Source of the DNA: Bacteroidota bacterium
Lineage (GTDB): Bacteria > Bacteroidota > Bacteroidia > JABDFU01
Length of the DNA stretch: 64,000 bases
Assembly (NCBI GenBank): GCA_016183775.1
Contig: JACPDY010000002.1
Span: 16,060 to 80,059, forward strand
Direction: 5' to 3'
A model generated the notes under the pieces. That model had not been told where the DNA came from. It made no database searches and saw only the letters and a program-made list of their open reading frames with translations. A program made the translations under genes and the position numbers. Positions 21,501-29,620 of this stretch are shown piece by piece; the stretch's first letter is position 1, and every line of letters begins with the position of its first letter.

Positions 21501-21601
21501 ACTTCAAAACACTTGAAAAATATGGTAAAATAAACTTTTTACAACTGAAGGATATTTTCGGGTATGATAAAACGCCTTCGGCTGAAAAGGTTTTGAATTA
21601 G
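18596..21601 (+). CDS. M16 family zinc peptidase (tandem insulinase-like halves), probable lipoprotein
   Basis: Inverted zinc motif HYLEHMLFKG...E; ~1000 aa with two M16 units; N-terminal ...VLAFVLFSCN lipobox-like signal. Confidence 0.8.
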   Translation: MYKHFKQDSSAQSGTKYFQTNLRNNFVYTFIVLAFVLFSCNPSKKSKAAYEVVENDPLKARIYTLDNGLKVYMTVYKNAPRIQTCIAVKAGSKNDPADATGLAHYLEHMLFKGTDKFGSKDFAKEESEIKKIETLYDEYRQVKDTALRKAIYHKIDSVSGVASKYAIANEFDKMMASIGAVGSNAYTSHEQTVYIEDIPSNQFEKWATIEAERYRKPVMRLFHTELEAVYEEKNRGLDNDNSKIWETLLAGLFQKHTYGTQTTIGTIEHLKNPSITKINEYFNTYYVPNNMAICLSGDFDPDSAIKVIEQKFSGFQSKPVPVFIPAKEDPISKPIIKEVVGPNAEEVSFAFRFEGAGSNDANMITLISKILANGKAGLIDLDLIQKQEVLAAYTFPLILKDYSALIFDAQPKKEQSLDQVRYLLLQQIEKIKQGNFPDWLLPAIINNMKLEEIKAYEDNSRRTDAFVKAFTTGINWRDHVETMNKLSQVTKQQVIDFAKANFKDNYVIVYKRTGEDKNVQKVEKPAITPVEVNRNDQSEFVKKIINSPSPAIEPVFIDYSKDIKKFNVKNNIPVLYNENSENKTFDMHFVVDMGTNQDKKLKIATDYLNYLGTSKYSPEQVQQEFYKLACSYNVFSSEDETRVSLSGLSENFEKALALFEELLSDAQPNKEALVNLVSDVLKKRQDDMLDKNTILFDGMVYYGMYGQTSPFTNILTEAELKVLQPEELISIIKKLNAYEHHILYYGTLQEEELVSSINKYHKVPAKLDPVPPNIPFPFKTTDNNVYVVNYDMKQAEIIMISKSELYNKDIVPGSVLFNEYFGGGMSSVVFQELRESKALAYSVFANFRTAKRKDKNNYILSYIGTQSDKLPEAMAGMTGLLNNMPESENAFKSAKESVLQGLRTERITRSDILLNYEKNRKLGVDHDIRKDIYAKVPAMTMENIKKFQQQYVKDKSYNILVLGKKENLDFKTLEKYGKINFLQLKDIFGYDKTPSAEKVLN

Positions 21602-21602
21602 T

Positions 21603-21640
21603 CTTGAGCCTGGCCCCTTCGACTCCGCTCAGGGTGCCGC
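21603..21640. repeat. small REP-like intergenic element (copy 1)
   Basis: ccttcgactccgctcag shares a 16-bp core with the 22948..23010 copy; both immediately follow convergent gene ends. Confidence 0.35.
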
Positions 21641-21712
21641 ATAAATCAATACGAACGGAGGCGAATACTACAAAGAAGAAATAAATATTTTTAATTTAAA
21701 TACTTAAACAAT

Positions 21713-22942
21713 ATGCAAAAGATCAAAGTAGCAAATCCTGTTGTGGAACTTGATGGGGATGAAATGACCCGTGTGATATGGAAATATATTAAAGACAAAC
21801 TGATCCTCCCCTACCTGGATCTCGACATTAAATATTACGACCTCGGTGTTGAGTATCGTGATAAAACGGATGATAAAGTAACCGTTGAATCAGCGGAAGC
21901 GATTAAAAAATATAATGTCGGTATTAAATGTGCCACTATTACGCCCGATGAGGCCCGTGTGAAAGAATTTAACCTGAAACAAATGTGGAAATCGCCAAAC
22001 GGCACTATCCGGAATATTCTGGATGGTACCGTTTTTCGCGAACCCATTGTAATGAAAAATGTTCCACGGCTGGTTCCTAACTGGACAGCGCCTATATGTA
22101 TAGGCCGTCACGCTTTTGGAGATCAGTACCGTGCTACAGATTTTCTGACCAAAGGAAAAGGGAAACTGACTATCACCTATTCTCCCGAAGACGGAAGTAC
22201 TCCTCAATCATTCGAAGTATTTAACTATAAGGGAGACGGCGTTGCAATGGCCATGTTCAATACTGATGAGTCGATTCGCGGATTTGCCAATGCGTGTTTC
22301 AATACGGCATTACTTAAAAAATGGCCCTTATACCTTTCAACAAAAAATACGATCTTGAAAAAATATGATGGACGGTTTAAGGATATTTTCGAAGAAATAT
22401 TTGAAAAAGATTTTAAAACCAAATTTGATGCTGCAGGGATTACATATGAACACCGTTTGATTGATGACATGGTGGCAAGTGCATTAAAATGGAATGGAAA
22501 TTTTGTTTGGGCCTGCAAAAATTATGATGGTGATGTACAAAGCGATACTGTTGCACAGGGCTTTGGTTCATTAGGACTTATGACTTCAGTACTTGTTACA
22601 CCCGATGGAAAAACAATGGAAGCGGAAGCCGCACACGGCACAGTAACACGCCACTTCCGCGAACATCAAAAAGGAAAGCCAACCTCAACTAATCCTATAG
22701 CTTCGATCTTTGCATGGACGCGTGGCCTTGCTTTCAGGGGATTGCTCGATAAAAACCAGCAGCTGACCAATTTCTGCACCACACTTGAAAAAGTTTGCGT
22801 TGAAACTGTCGAATCAGGTAAAATGACCAAAGACCTCGCTGTTTGTATTCATGGCAACAAAGTAAATCACGGTGAACATTATTTGTACACTGATGAGTTT
22901 CTTTCGGCTATTGACAGTAATTTGAAAGCAAAGCTTAAGTAG
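21713..22942 (+). CDS. icd: NADP-dependent isocitrate dehydrogenase (eukaryote-like dimeric type)
   Basis: [23 protein letters not shown]... and overall 409-aa length are characteristic of type II NADP-IDH. Confidence 0.9.
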   Translation: MQKIKVANPVVELDGDEMTRVIWKYIKDKLILPYLDLDIKYYDLGVEYRDKTDDKVTVESAEAIKKYNVGIKCATITPDEARVKEFNLKQMWKSPNGTIRNILDGTVFREPIVMKNVPRLVPNWTAPICIGRHAFGDQYRATDFLTKGKGKLTITYSPEDGSTPQSFEVFNYKGDGVAMAMFNTDESIRGFANACFNTALLKKWPLYLSTKNTILKKYDGRFKDIFEEIFEKDFKTKFDAAGITYEHRLIDDMVASALKWNGNFVWACKNYDGDVQSDTVAQGFGSLGLMTSVLVTPDGKTMEAEAAHGTVTRHFREHQKGKPTSTNPIASIFAWTRGLAFRGLLDKNQQLTNFCTTLEKVCVETVESGKMTKDLAVCIHGNKVNHGEHYLYTDEFLSAIDSNLKAKLK

Positions 22943-22947
22943 CCACC

Positions 22948-23010
22948 CCTGAGTCTTCGATTCCGCTCAGACTCTCACACCCGGGCACACTGAGCGGAGT
23001 CAAAGTCCAC
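22948..23010. repeat. small REP-like intergenic element (copy 2), hairpin
   Basis: gagtcttcgattccgctcagactc ... ctgagcggagtc forms an imperfect inverted repeat; shares core cttcgaYtccgctcag with 21603..21640. Confidence 0.35.
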
Positions 23011-23118
23011 TTCAGATTTACGATTGAATTATACAAATATTTTTATTAAAAAATCCACCAACTATTTTTGGCATCATTACCGTATTTTTATTATCCAAAC
23101 CCTCATTCGTTCCATTAT

Positions 23119-26100
23119 CTAAGGTGTACTTAAGTTAACATTTACACTACACCCATTCTTATCTTTAATATTTATTGTGTATGTACCTGGACAAAGCTGA
23201 TTCTTGTATCTGTTAACATAACCATCGAGCCAGGAATAACTGTAAGGACTTGTACCACCCATAGCATTTACCATTATCCATTGTTTACAACCGCATCCTG
23301 TGCAGCCTGCAGTTCCTTTGACAATTTGTCCAACTACTGCGGAAGGAGAAATTATTGCAGCCATTGACATTGCGCTGCAACCTTTAGAATCAGTAATGGT
23401 TACTGAATAATTACCTGCTATAAGACCCGTTGCTGTTTGTGTTGTTTGTCCGTTACTCCAGCTGTAGGTATATGGAACTGTGCCACTACCCGGACTCGCA
23501 AGTATAGTACCATTGGAACTTCCATTACAGGTTATATTGCCAGATGAAGTGGTTAAAGTAACGGACGGATTGACTGTTACTACAGCTGTTGAAGTTGATG
23601 TATTTCCACCGGCATCTTTTATTGTTACTGTATAAGTTGTGGTTGACGCAGGACAAGGATTTATATTTTGTGTTGTTGCACTATTGCTCCAGGTATAAGT
23701 ATAAGGAGTGGTTCCGCCCGCACCGTTCGAAGTTATTGTTGCGCATGCACCCGGACACACTGAACCACCAACGGCACTTACCGTAGGAGCATTGCAATTA
23801 ACTACCACTATACTTTGGGTTACAGAATTATTACATGTTCCGTCTTTGACTGTATGAACAACACTGTAAGTTCCTGCAGTTAAAAAAGTATAAGAAAAAT
23901 TAGTGGTGGTACCGCTTACGTTTGCAGGGGCTATAGTTGAAATTAGCCAGGTATACGTTATGCCTGAACCGGGAGGAGTACCGGTATTTGTAAAATTCAC
24001 TTTAGTTCCAACACATGCCGTGGACACATTAAATGTTGCCGAAACGGGAGAGCTTCCTGTAATTGTAAAAGTCTTAGTAATGACACAACCCAAATTATCG
24101 GAAATAGTTAATGTATAACTTCCCGCAACCGCGTTTGAAAGTTCGGAACCATCTAAAATACCGATCTTGGTGCCTGTTCCTGTTTGACCTGTATTCCAGG
24201 TATAATAGTAAGGAGCGGTTCCACCGACAATGGTCGCATAAGCCCTTCCGCTTGTGGTACAACTGATATTTGCACTAGCAGTATTTACAGTTGGCGATGA
24301 TTTAGTAACTAAAACAACTGTGGTTCTTATGGTACATCCTGTATTATCTGTCACAGAACACGTATATGTACCAGGAGGAATACCCGTTGCATTTGCACCC
24401 GTCTGACCCGAAGGAGACCACAAATACGTATATGGACCTGTTCCGCCTGTAACTACCACTCCTGCAGTTCCATTTGGCGCCCCCGGACATGCCGGGTTGA
24501 TAGAAGTGGTCGTTAATGTTAGGCCTGTTGAAGTTTCTATAGCAACGGTCGTTACATTAAAACCTCCATTACATCCGTTAACATCAGTCACGGCAACCGT
24601 ATAAATACCCGGAGACAAACCTGTTGCCGTTTGCCCCGTTTGGCCAGATGGATTCCACAGGAAACTGTATGGGCCAGTTCCACCGGCTACCGAAACTGTG
24701 GCAGTTCCATTGTTACCGGCACCACAACTAAGGGGCGTTGGATTAACGCTCAAAGTTAACAGCGGCTGACAATTAACAACATTGAATTGAATTGATGCAA
24801 CAAAGCCATCACCGCAGGCAAGTACCTCGCCCGATATGCCTAATGCCACATCATATACAGTATCAGCGGTTGCGACAGATGCCACATAATTCAATGTTGA
24901 ATCGAATTTGCTCACTCCGTCATGTGTCCCAACATATACATTCCCACATCCATCGATTACTATGCCACTGTTATTACCAACACTTCCATTACTTACAGTT
25001 ACAGAAGAAATTGCAGCACCTGTATTGATGTTTCGTTTATAAATAGTTTTACCATCATAGGTCATGATAAACTTATTGTTTACAGTTATACCATTGAAGC
25101 CCTGGAAAGAGCCTGCAGCTTGTACATAATTCATACCGGCCGATTCCGCGATCAGGTAACCATTACCTACATTATAAATCGGAGCAATGGCAGGAGTTGA
25201 AGCCGCCAGAACATTTCCTGCTGCTGTTGCTACGCCAAGCCAGTCAACATGCAGACTGTAGATCCGGCCCGTAAAAGAAACCGCTAAAGACCTTAATTCA
25301 CGGCCTGTACCCGTACCCCCCACAGGCTGGATGCCTGTCACAGCACCGGTAACCGGGTTTACGCGTCCGATGCCTCCTGTTCCATCAAAATATCCTCCGA
25401 CAATTAAATTATTATAATTGCAATCGAATCCGATCCGCCAAAGTTCAGTACGGTCCCGAACCAATCCTGTGGAAGAAAAATAAACTAAATTCCCGGATGG
25501 ATCTACTTTAACAATTCCTCCCTTCCAGGCCCCGTCACACAGGTAGGTATTTCCATTTAAGTCGAGTGCAAAATCACCATAATATGATGCACCTAATTGA
25601 ACCGGAGTAAAAGTCCACAGAAGAGTGCCAGCAGAAGAATATTTCTTTAATTGATAGGGGCCCTGCCATCCGTCACCACCACCATAAATAAAGACATTCC
25701 CTGCCGCATCACGCGCAATATCATACGCCTGATTTGCAATGGTCATTGCAGGATTGGCTGTCCAGGGGTCAATGACCACTGCTTTTGACCTGTCATAGCC
25801 ATCAAGTCTGAAAGCCACGTTATTGCCATCCAAAACGGAGAATTGTGAATTGATCATCCCGCCATTTTCCGAATAATATGTTTGTGGCGCATGGTCAATT
25901 ATTGTTCCTGCCAAACCATTTATATGTATATTCCCATCTCTATCCAGGGAAACTTCTTTTGCATTACCATAGTGCATTCTGATGTCAGAAGGATCAGCTC
26001 CGGGATGCAGAATAAAAGAATATTTTATTCCTGTTGTTTTATGAAACACATACTCTACATCAATTCCCGGATAAAGATCTTTATAAGTGAGCTTCTTATA

Positions 26101-26586
26101 TCCGAAAGCCTTAACCGTTTTATTATTTTCTTTGAAACCATAAGTAAAATAATCGGCGGAAATATCTTCAGCAACAATTTTTACATCCGGATTTGCATTT
26201 AGCCAGTTCATGTCAAGGCCGTAAACTTTACCTCTTCTCTCTTTCATCTTCCCTCTTTCGGCAGCTTCTTCATTCTGATCTAAAATATTTTCTGTACTAA
26301 TTTTTTCAATACTCTCCGAAGACTCCTTCTCATACAATTTATAGGTCAACCCCTTTGATGTAAAATATGCCTCTATGCCATTACTATTTATGCCATATTT
26401 TATTTCGACTCCTTTCTCTAAACCATTTTCAAAAAACTGTCCGCTGTTCTCAATAAAAACATTGTCTTTAAAAATATCCCTTCTTATCCAATCTGATGAA
26501 TAGCTTCCAGAAACCCGGCTGAACGACTGAGCGCACAAGAATTGACCTGATAGCAAAACCAAAATGGCAAGTGTTCGTATTTTCAT
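23119..26586 (-). CDS. giant secreted SBBP beta-propeller / SprB-repeat surface protein ending in the conserved Cys-rich C-terminal module (paralog 1)
   Basis: Signal peptide MKIRTLAILVLLSGQFLCAQ. N-terminal domain (ENSGQ...HPGADP) shared with the paralogs. SBBP repeats (W-T-YGG...D.G..I..D..GN.Y..G.T.S.(D/N)FP). More than 8 SprB-type ~75-aa repeats (C-G--NG-A-V-V-GGTGPY-Y-W...G-YTV-VTD-NGC). C-terminal module CTGCGCKQWIM...NLSTP-stop. Confidence 0.75.
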   Translation of the reverse strand: MKIRTLAILVLLSGQFLCAQSFSRVSGSYSSDWIRRDIFKDNVFIENSGQFFENGLEKGVEIKYGINSNGIEAYFTSKGLTYKLYEKESSESIEKISTENILDQNEEAAERGKMKERRGKVYGLDMNWLNANPDVKIVAEDISADYFTYGFKENNKTVKAFGYKKLTYKDLYPGIDVEYVFHKTTGIKYSFILHPGADPSDIRMHYGNAKEVSLDRDGNIHINGLAGTIIDHAPQTYYSENGGMINSQFSVLDGNNVAFRLDGYDRSKAVVIDPWTANPAMTIANQAYDIARDAAGNVFIYGGGDGWQGPYQLKKYSSAGTLLWTFTPVQLGASYYGDFALDLNGNTYLCDGAWKGGIVKVDPSGNLVYFSSTGLVRDRTELWRIGFDCNYNNLIVGGYFDGTGGIGRVNPVTGAVTGIQPVGGTGTGRELRSLAVSFTGRIYSLHVDWLGVATAAGNVLAASTPAIAPIYNVGNGYLIAESAGMNYVQAAGSFQGFNGITVNNKFIMTYDGKTIYKRNINTGAAISSVTVSNGSVGNNSGIVIDGCGNVYVGTHDGVSKFDSTLNYVASVATADTVYDVALGISGEVLACGDGFVASIQFNVVNCQPLLTLSVNPTPLSCGAGNNGTATVSVAGGTGPYSFLWNPSGQTGQTATGLSPGIYTVAVTDVNGCNGGFNVTTVAIETSTGLTLTTTSINPACPGAPNGTAGVVVTGGTGPYTYLWSPSGQTGANATGIPPGTYTCSVTDNTGCTIRTTVVLVTKSSPTVNTASANISCTTSGRAYATIVGGTAPYYYTWNTGQTGTGTKIGILDGSELSNAVAGSYTLTISDNLGCVITKTFTITGSSPVSATFNVSTACVGTKVNFTNTGTPPGSGITYTWLISTIAPANVSGTTTNFSYTFLTAGTYSVVHTVKDGTCNNSVTQSIVVVNCNAPTVSAVGGSVCPGACATITSNGAGGTTPYTYTWSNSATTQNINPCPASTTTYTVTIKDAGGNTSTSTAVVTVNPSVTLTTSSGNITCNGSSNGTILASPGSGTVPYTYSWSNGQTTQTATGLIAGNYSVTITDSKGCSAMSMAAIISPSAVVGQIVKGTAGCTGCGCKQWIMVNAMGGTSPYSYSWLDGYVNRYKNQLCPGTYTINIKDKNGCSVNVNLSTP

Positions 26587-26613
26587 TGTCCAAAATCTCT
26601 TTCGTACTAATAT

Positions 26614-29592
26614 CTATGGTGTACTTAAATTAACATTTACACTACACCCGTTCTTATCTTTTATATTTACAGTATAATTACCCGGACAAAGTCGGTTTTT
26701 GTATCTGTTAACATAACCATCAGGCCAGGAATATGAGTATGGGCTCGTCCCACCTGAGGCAGTTACCATTATCCATTGTTTACAGCCGCAACCTGAACAA
26801 ACTGCTGTTCCCTTGGCAAATTGACCGACCATGGGCGGTGATACAATTACAGTGGCTGTAGCGGTAGATGTAGCTCCTCCCGAATCAGTTATTTTAACTG
26901 TATAGGTTGTTGTCACTGTTGGGCAGGGATTTATGTTTTGTGTTGTAGCGCCAGTGCTCCACGAATAAATATAAGGTGCTGTGCCTCCCGTTACATTTGA
27001 CTTTACCATCGCACAAGATCCTGAACAAAGGATTGTATCTGAGGCATATGCTGTAATACCTCCGCAGGATGGACCGGTGATTGTAAATGTTGCTGTTTGT
27101 GTTTGATTACAATTACTGGTTGCTGTTACTGTATAGGTTCCGGCGCATAAACCCGAAATGCTGCTTGTGGCTGACGTAACGCCGGATTGTATTGTTCCAT
27201 TACTCCATTTATAAGTGTAAGGATCAACGCCGCAGCTTAATGAAACAGTAGCCGTGCCATTGCAAACACACGAAGTTGAATTAGCCTGGCTTTTGTTAAT
27301 TGTGGATGGTATCGGGCTGAATTTGTAAATAGCAAATCCGGCATCACCATTTCCTGTGTTATCAAAATAGGCTCCACCGCCCGGGTTTACAAATTGGGTG
27401 TTTACGGTAGTGAGGTCGCTGCTGGAGCCGATAAAGATATTACTTTGATTGTCAATAACAATTGTTGGTACGTGATCGTCCCCATCTCCTTTAATGTAGG
27501 TTGCCCAAAGTATATTATCCATTGGGGTGAATTTGATCAGGAATAAATTACATTGCCAGGATATCCCTTTGGGATTTGAAAATGTTGACTGAAAATATCC
27601 CATATTGCAAGCATCTTGCTTAGTGAAAAGATTAGGAGATCTTGTGGAGAAGCTTAGATAAACGTTTCCGCAAATATCCGTGTTCAGATATGGGGACCAA
27701 TAAGACTGCGTCGCTTCCTGGCCGGATCCGCCAAAAAGAGTTGCCCACAAAAGTGATTCCGAACTACTGAATTTAAGAATGTAAACGTCAGACCTTCCTC
27801 CGGGTGTATTATCATAATATCCGCCCGAATTTAATGTGTTAAAATCTGTCGGTTGAACGACGCCTCCGCTCATTGAAGTGGAACCAGCCACATAAAGATT
27901 CCCATTCGCATGTTTCAATAAATAGCCTCCCATTTCATCTCCCGATCCTCCGTAATAGGTTGACCATAGAAGCAGATAGGAAGCACTAAACTTAAGAATA
28001 AAACAATCTGATGATCCATTCAGCGTATTATCGAAATAACCTCCTGAATTTAACGTAGGCAGATTAGTAGAATATGTCATACCCGATATGTAAATAGTTC
28101 CTGCACCATCACAAATAATGGACCAAGGGTCTTCATATCCCGTCCCACCAAAGTAGGTGGACCACAGAATCGCATTCGCTGCATTAAACTTCACAATGAA
28201 AAGATCATTGCTCCCCGCATTTGCATTATCAAAATATCCTCCCGAATTTACAAGCGGCAAATCAGCCGAATTGGTTAAGCCTGTTACATAAATTTGGCCG
28301 CTGCCATCTGTTGTTATCGATTTGCAGGTTTCCATAACAGTACCTCCATAGTAGGTTCCCCATTGCCTTACCCCTGATAAATTGAATTTAATTATAAAAC
28401 CATCGGAAGATCCGCCAATTGCATTGTCAAAGTAGCCCGTAGAAGCCTGTACGGGAAAATTCGCAGACCGGGTGGTTCCTGCAATGTATAAATTATCAGA
28501 AATATCGCAGACCATGCTGAATGGATAATCATAGGCTGAGCCCCCATAATAAGTTGCCCACAACAAAACACCTGCATTAGTAAACTTAAGTATGGCCAGG
28601 TCAAGATTTCCGCCGTTGACAAGCTGCATATAATATGTTCCGGAATTGAATGTTGGAAATCCTAAAGATTGTGAATATCCGCATGTGTAGAAGTTTCCAA
28701 AACTATCCATTGTTGACGATGCAGCCCACTCCGCAAGCTCACCCCCGTAATATGTAGCCCATACAAGTTGGGGATCTATAATAATAGTTTGCGAGTTGGG
28801 GAATTCAGTATACGGAAGCTGAAAAGTAACCTCTACATTGTAATCATCAATTGGCTTTTTATTGAACCGGCTTTCTATTTTAGTTTTTTCATTTTGAATA
28901 TATGAATATGGCGCGTTTTCAGTTAATGTGCCAAGTTTTGTTTTTATCCGGATATCTCCATCAATTGCAAGCGGTTTTTCGCTTTCGTAAATAAGCTTAA
29001 TTTTATTTGGATCTGCGCCCGGATGAATAATAAAATCGTACTTCATTCCTTTTTTATCCGAACTATAAAACACCCAGTCAATTCCCGGATAAACATCTTT
29101 GATTATAATTTTTTCGTATTGATAAACATCATAAATACCTTGCGGACAATGCCCGTAGAAATAGTTTTGATGTTCTTTACTTTGACCTTCTTTAACAATA
29201 TTTTCACGATTAATGCTTGCGTCCTTTAAAAGAACATTTACCCAAGCCATTTCTGTTTTCGTGTTTTCTCCCGGCAAATGAAATTGCCCTGCTTTATTTA
29301 TTTCGTGTTCTTCCTTTTCATTCCTTTCTGATCTTACAAATACATAGGTGAGGCCCTTTTCGGTAATGTAAACATTCATGCCAGGCGCTTCAGCTTTGAA
29401 AAGCACAAAGGGAACTGCATTAAAATCTGTATTCATTATCTGGCCTTTGTTCTCAATAAATTTTACCGGCATGCTCTGCAATTGCTGCAGGGCAGGATCG
29501 TTAGCCCGAAATTCTCCCACTACATTTTCTGCAAAAAGTGAAATAGATAGTAAGAGTAAAACAGCAATAGTGATTTTAATTTTATCCAACAT
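26614..29592 (-). CDS. giant secreted SBBP beta-propeller surface protein with conserved Cys-rich C-terminal module (paralog 2)
   Basis: Signal peptide MLDKIKITIAVLLLLSISLFA; N-terminal domain ENKGQ...HPGADPNKI; many SBBP repeats; SprB-type repeats; C-terminal ...CSGCGCKQWIM...NLSTP-stop; 27 bp downstream of paralog 3 (tandem). Confidence 0.75.
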   Translation of the reverse strand: MLDKIKITIAVLLLLSISLFAENVVGEFRANDPALQQLQSMPVKFIENKGQIMNTDFNAVPFVLFKAEAPGMNVYITEKGLTYVFVRSERNEKEEHEINKAGQFHLPGENTKTEMAWVNVLLKDASINRENIVKEGQSKEHQNYFYGHCPQGIYDVYQYEKIIIKDVYPGIDWVFYSSDKKGMKYDFIIHPGADPNKIKLIYESEKPLAIDGDIRIKTKLGTLTENAPYSYIQNEKTKIESRFNKKPIDDYNVEVTFQLPYTEFPNSQTIIIDPQLVWATYYGGELAEWAASSTMDSFGNFYTCGYSQSLGFPTFNSGTYYMQLVNGGNLDLAILKFTNAGVLLWATYYGGSAYDYPFSMVCDISDNLYIAGTTRSANFPVQASTGYFDNAIGGSSDGFIIKFNLSGVRQWGTYYGGTVMETCKSITTDGSGQIYVTGLTNSADLPLVNSGGYFDNANAGSNDLFIVKFNAANAILWSTYFGGTGYEDPWSIICDGAGTIYISGMTYSTNLPTLNSGGYFDNTLNGSSDCFILKFSASYLLLWSTYYGGSGDEMGGYLLKHANGNLYVAGSTSMSGGVVQPTDFNTLNSGGYYDNTPGGRSDVYILKFSSSESLLWATLFGGSGQEATQSYWSPYLNTDICGNVYLSFSTRSPNLFTKQDACNMGYFQSTFSNPKGISWQCNLFLIKFTPMDNILWATYIKGDGDDHVPTIVIDNQSNIFIGSSSDLTTVNTQFVNPGGGAYFDNTGNGDAGFAIYKFSPIPSTINKSQANSTSCVCNGTATVSLSCGVDPYTYKWSNGTIQSGVTSATSSISGLCAGTYTVTATSNCNQTQTATFTITGPSCGGITAYASDTILCSGSCAMVKSNVTGGTAPYIYSWSTGATTQNINPCPTVTTTYTVKITDSGGATSTATATVIVSPPMVGQFAKGTAVCSGCGCKQWIMVTASGGTSPYSYSWPDGYVNRYKNRLCPGNYTVNIKDKNGCSVNVNLSTP

Positions 29593-29620
29593 AAATCTAA
29601 AAAATAGTTAGTCTTAAATT

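Noticed and set aside
23119-23331. Calling the Cys-rich C-terminal module a T9SS type-A or type-B C-terminal domain.
   Set aside because: It lacks the PNP/hydrophobic beta-sandwich pattern of type A (seen at 13915..14853, 42080..42751 and 51139..51293). It also lacks the FTPNGDGIND signature of type B. It is instead a SprB-repeat derivative with a unique CxxCGCK motif. Whether the T9SS recognises it is left open.
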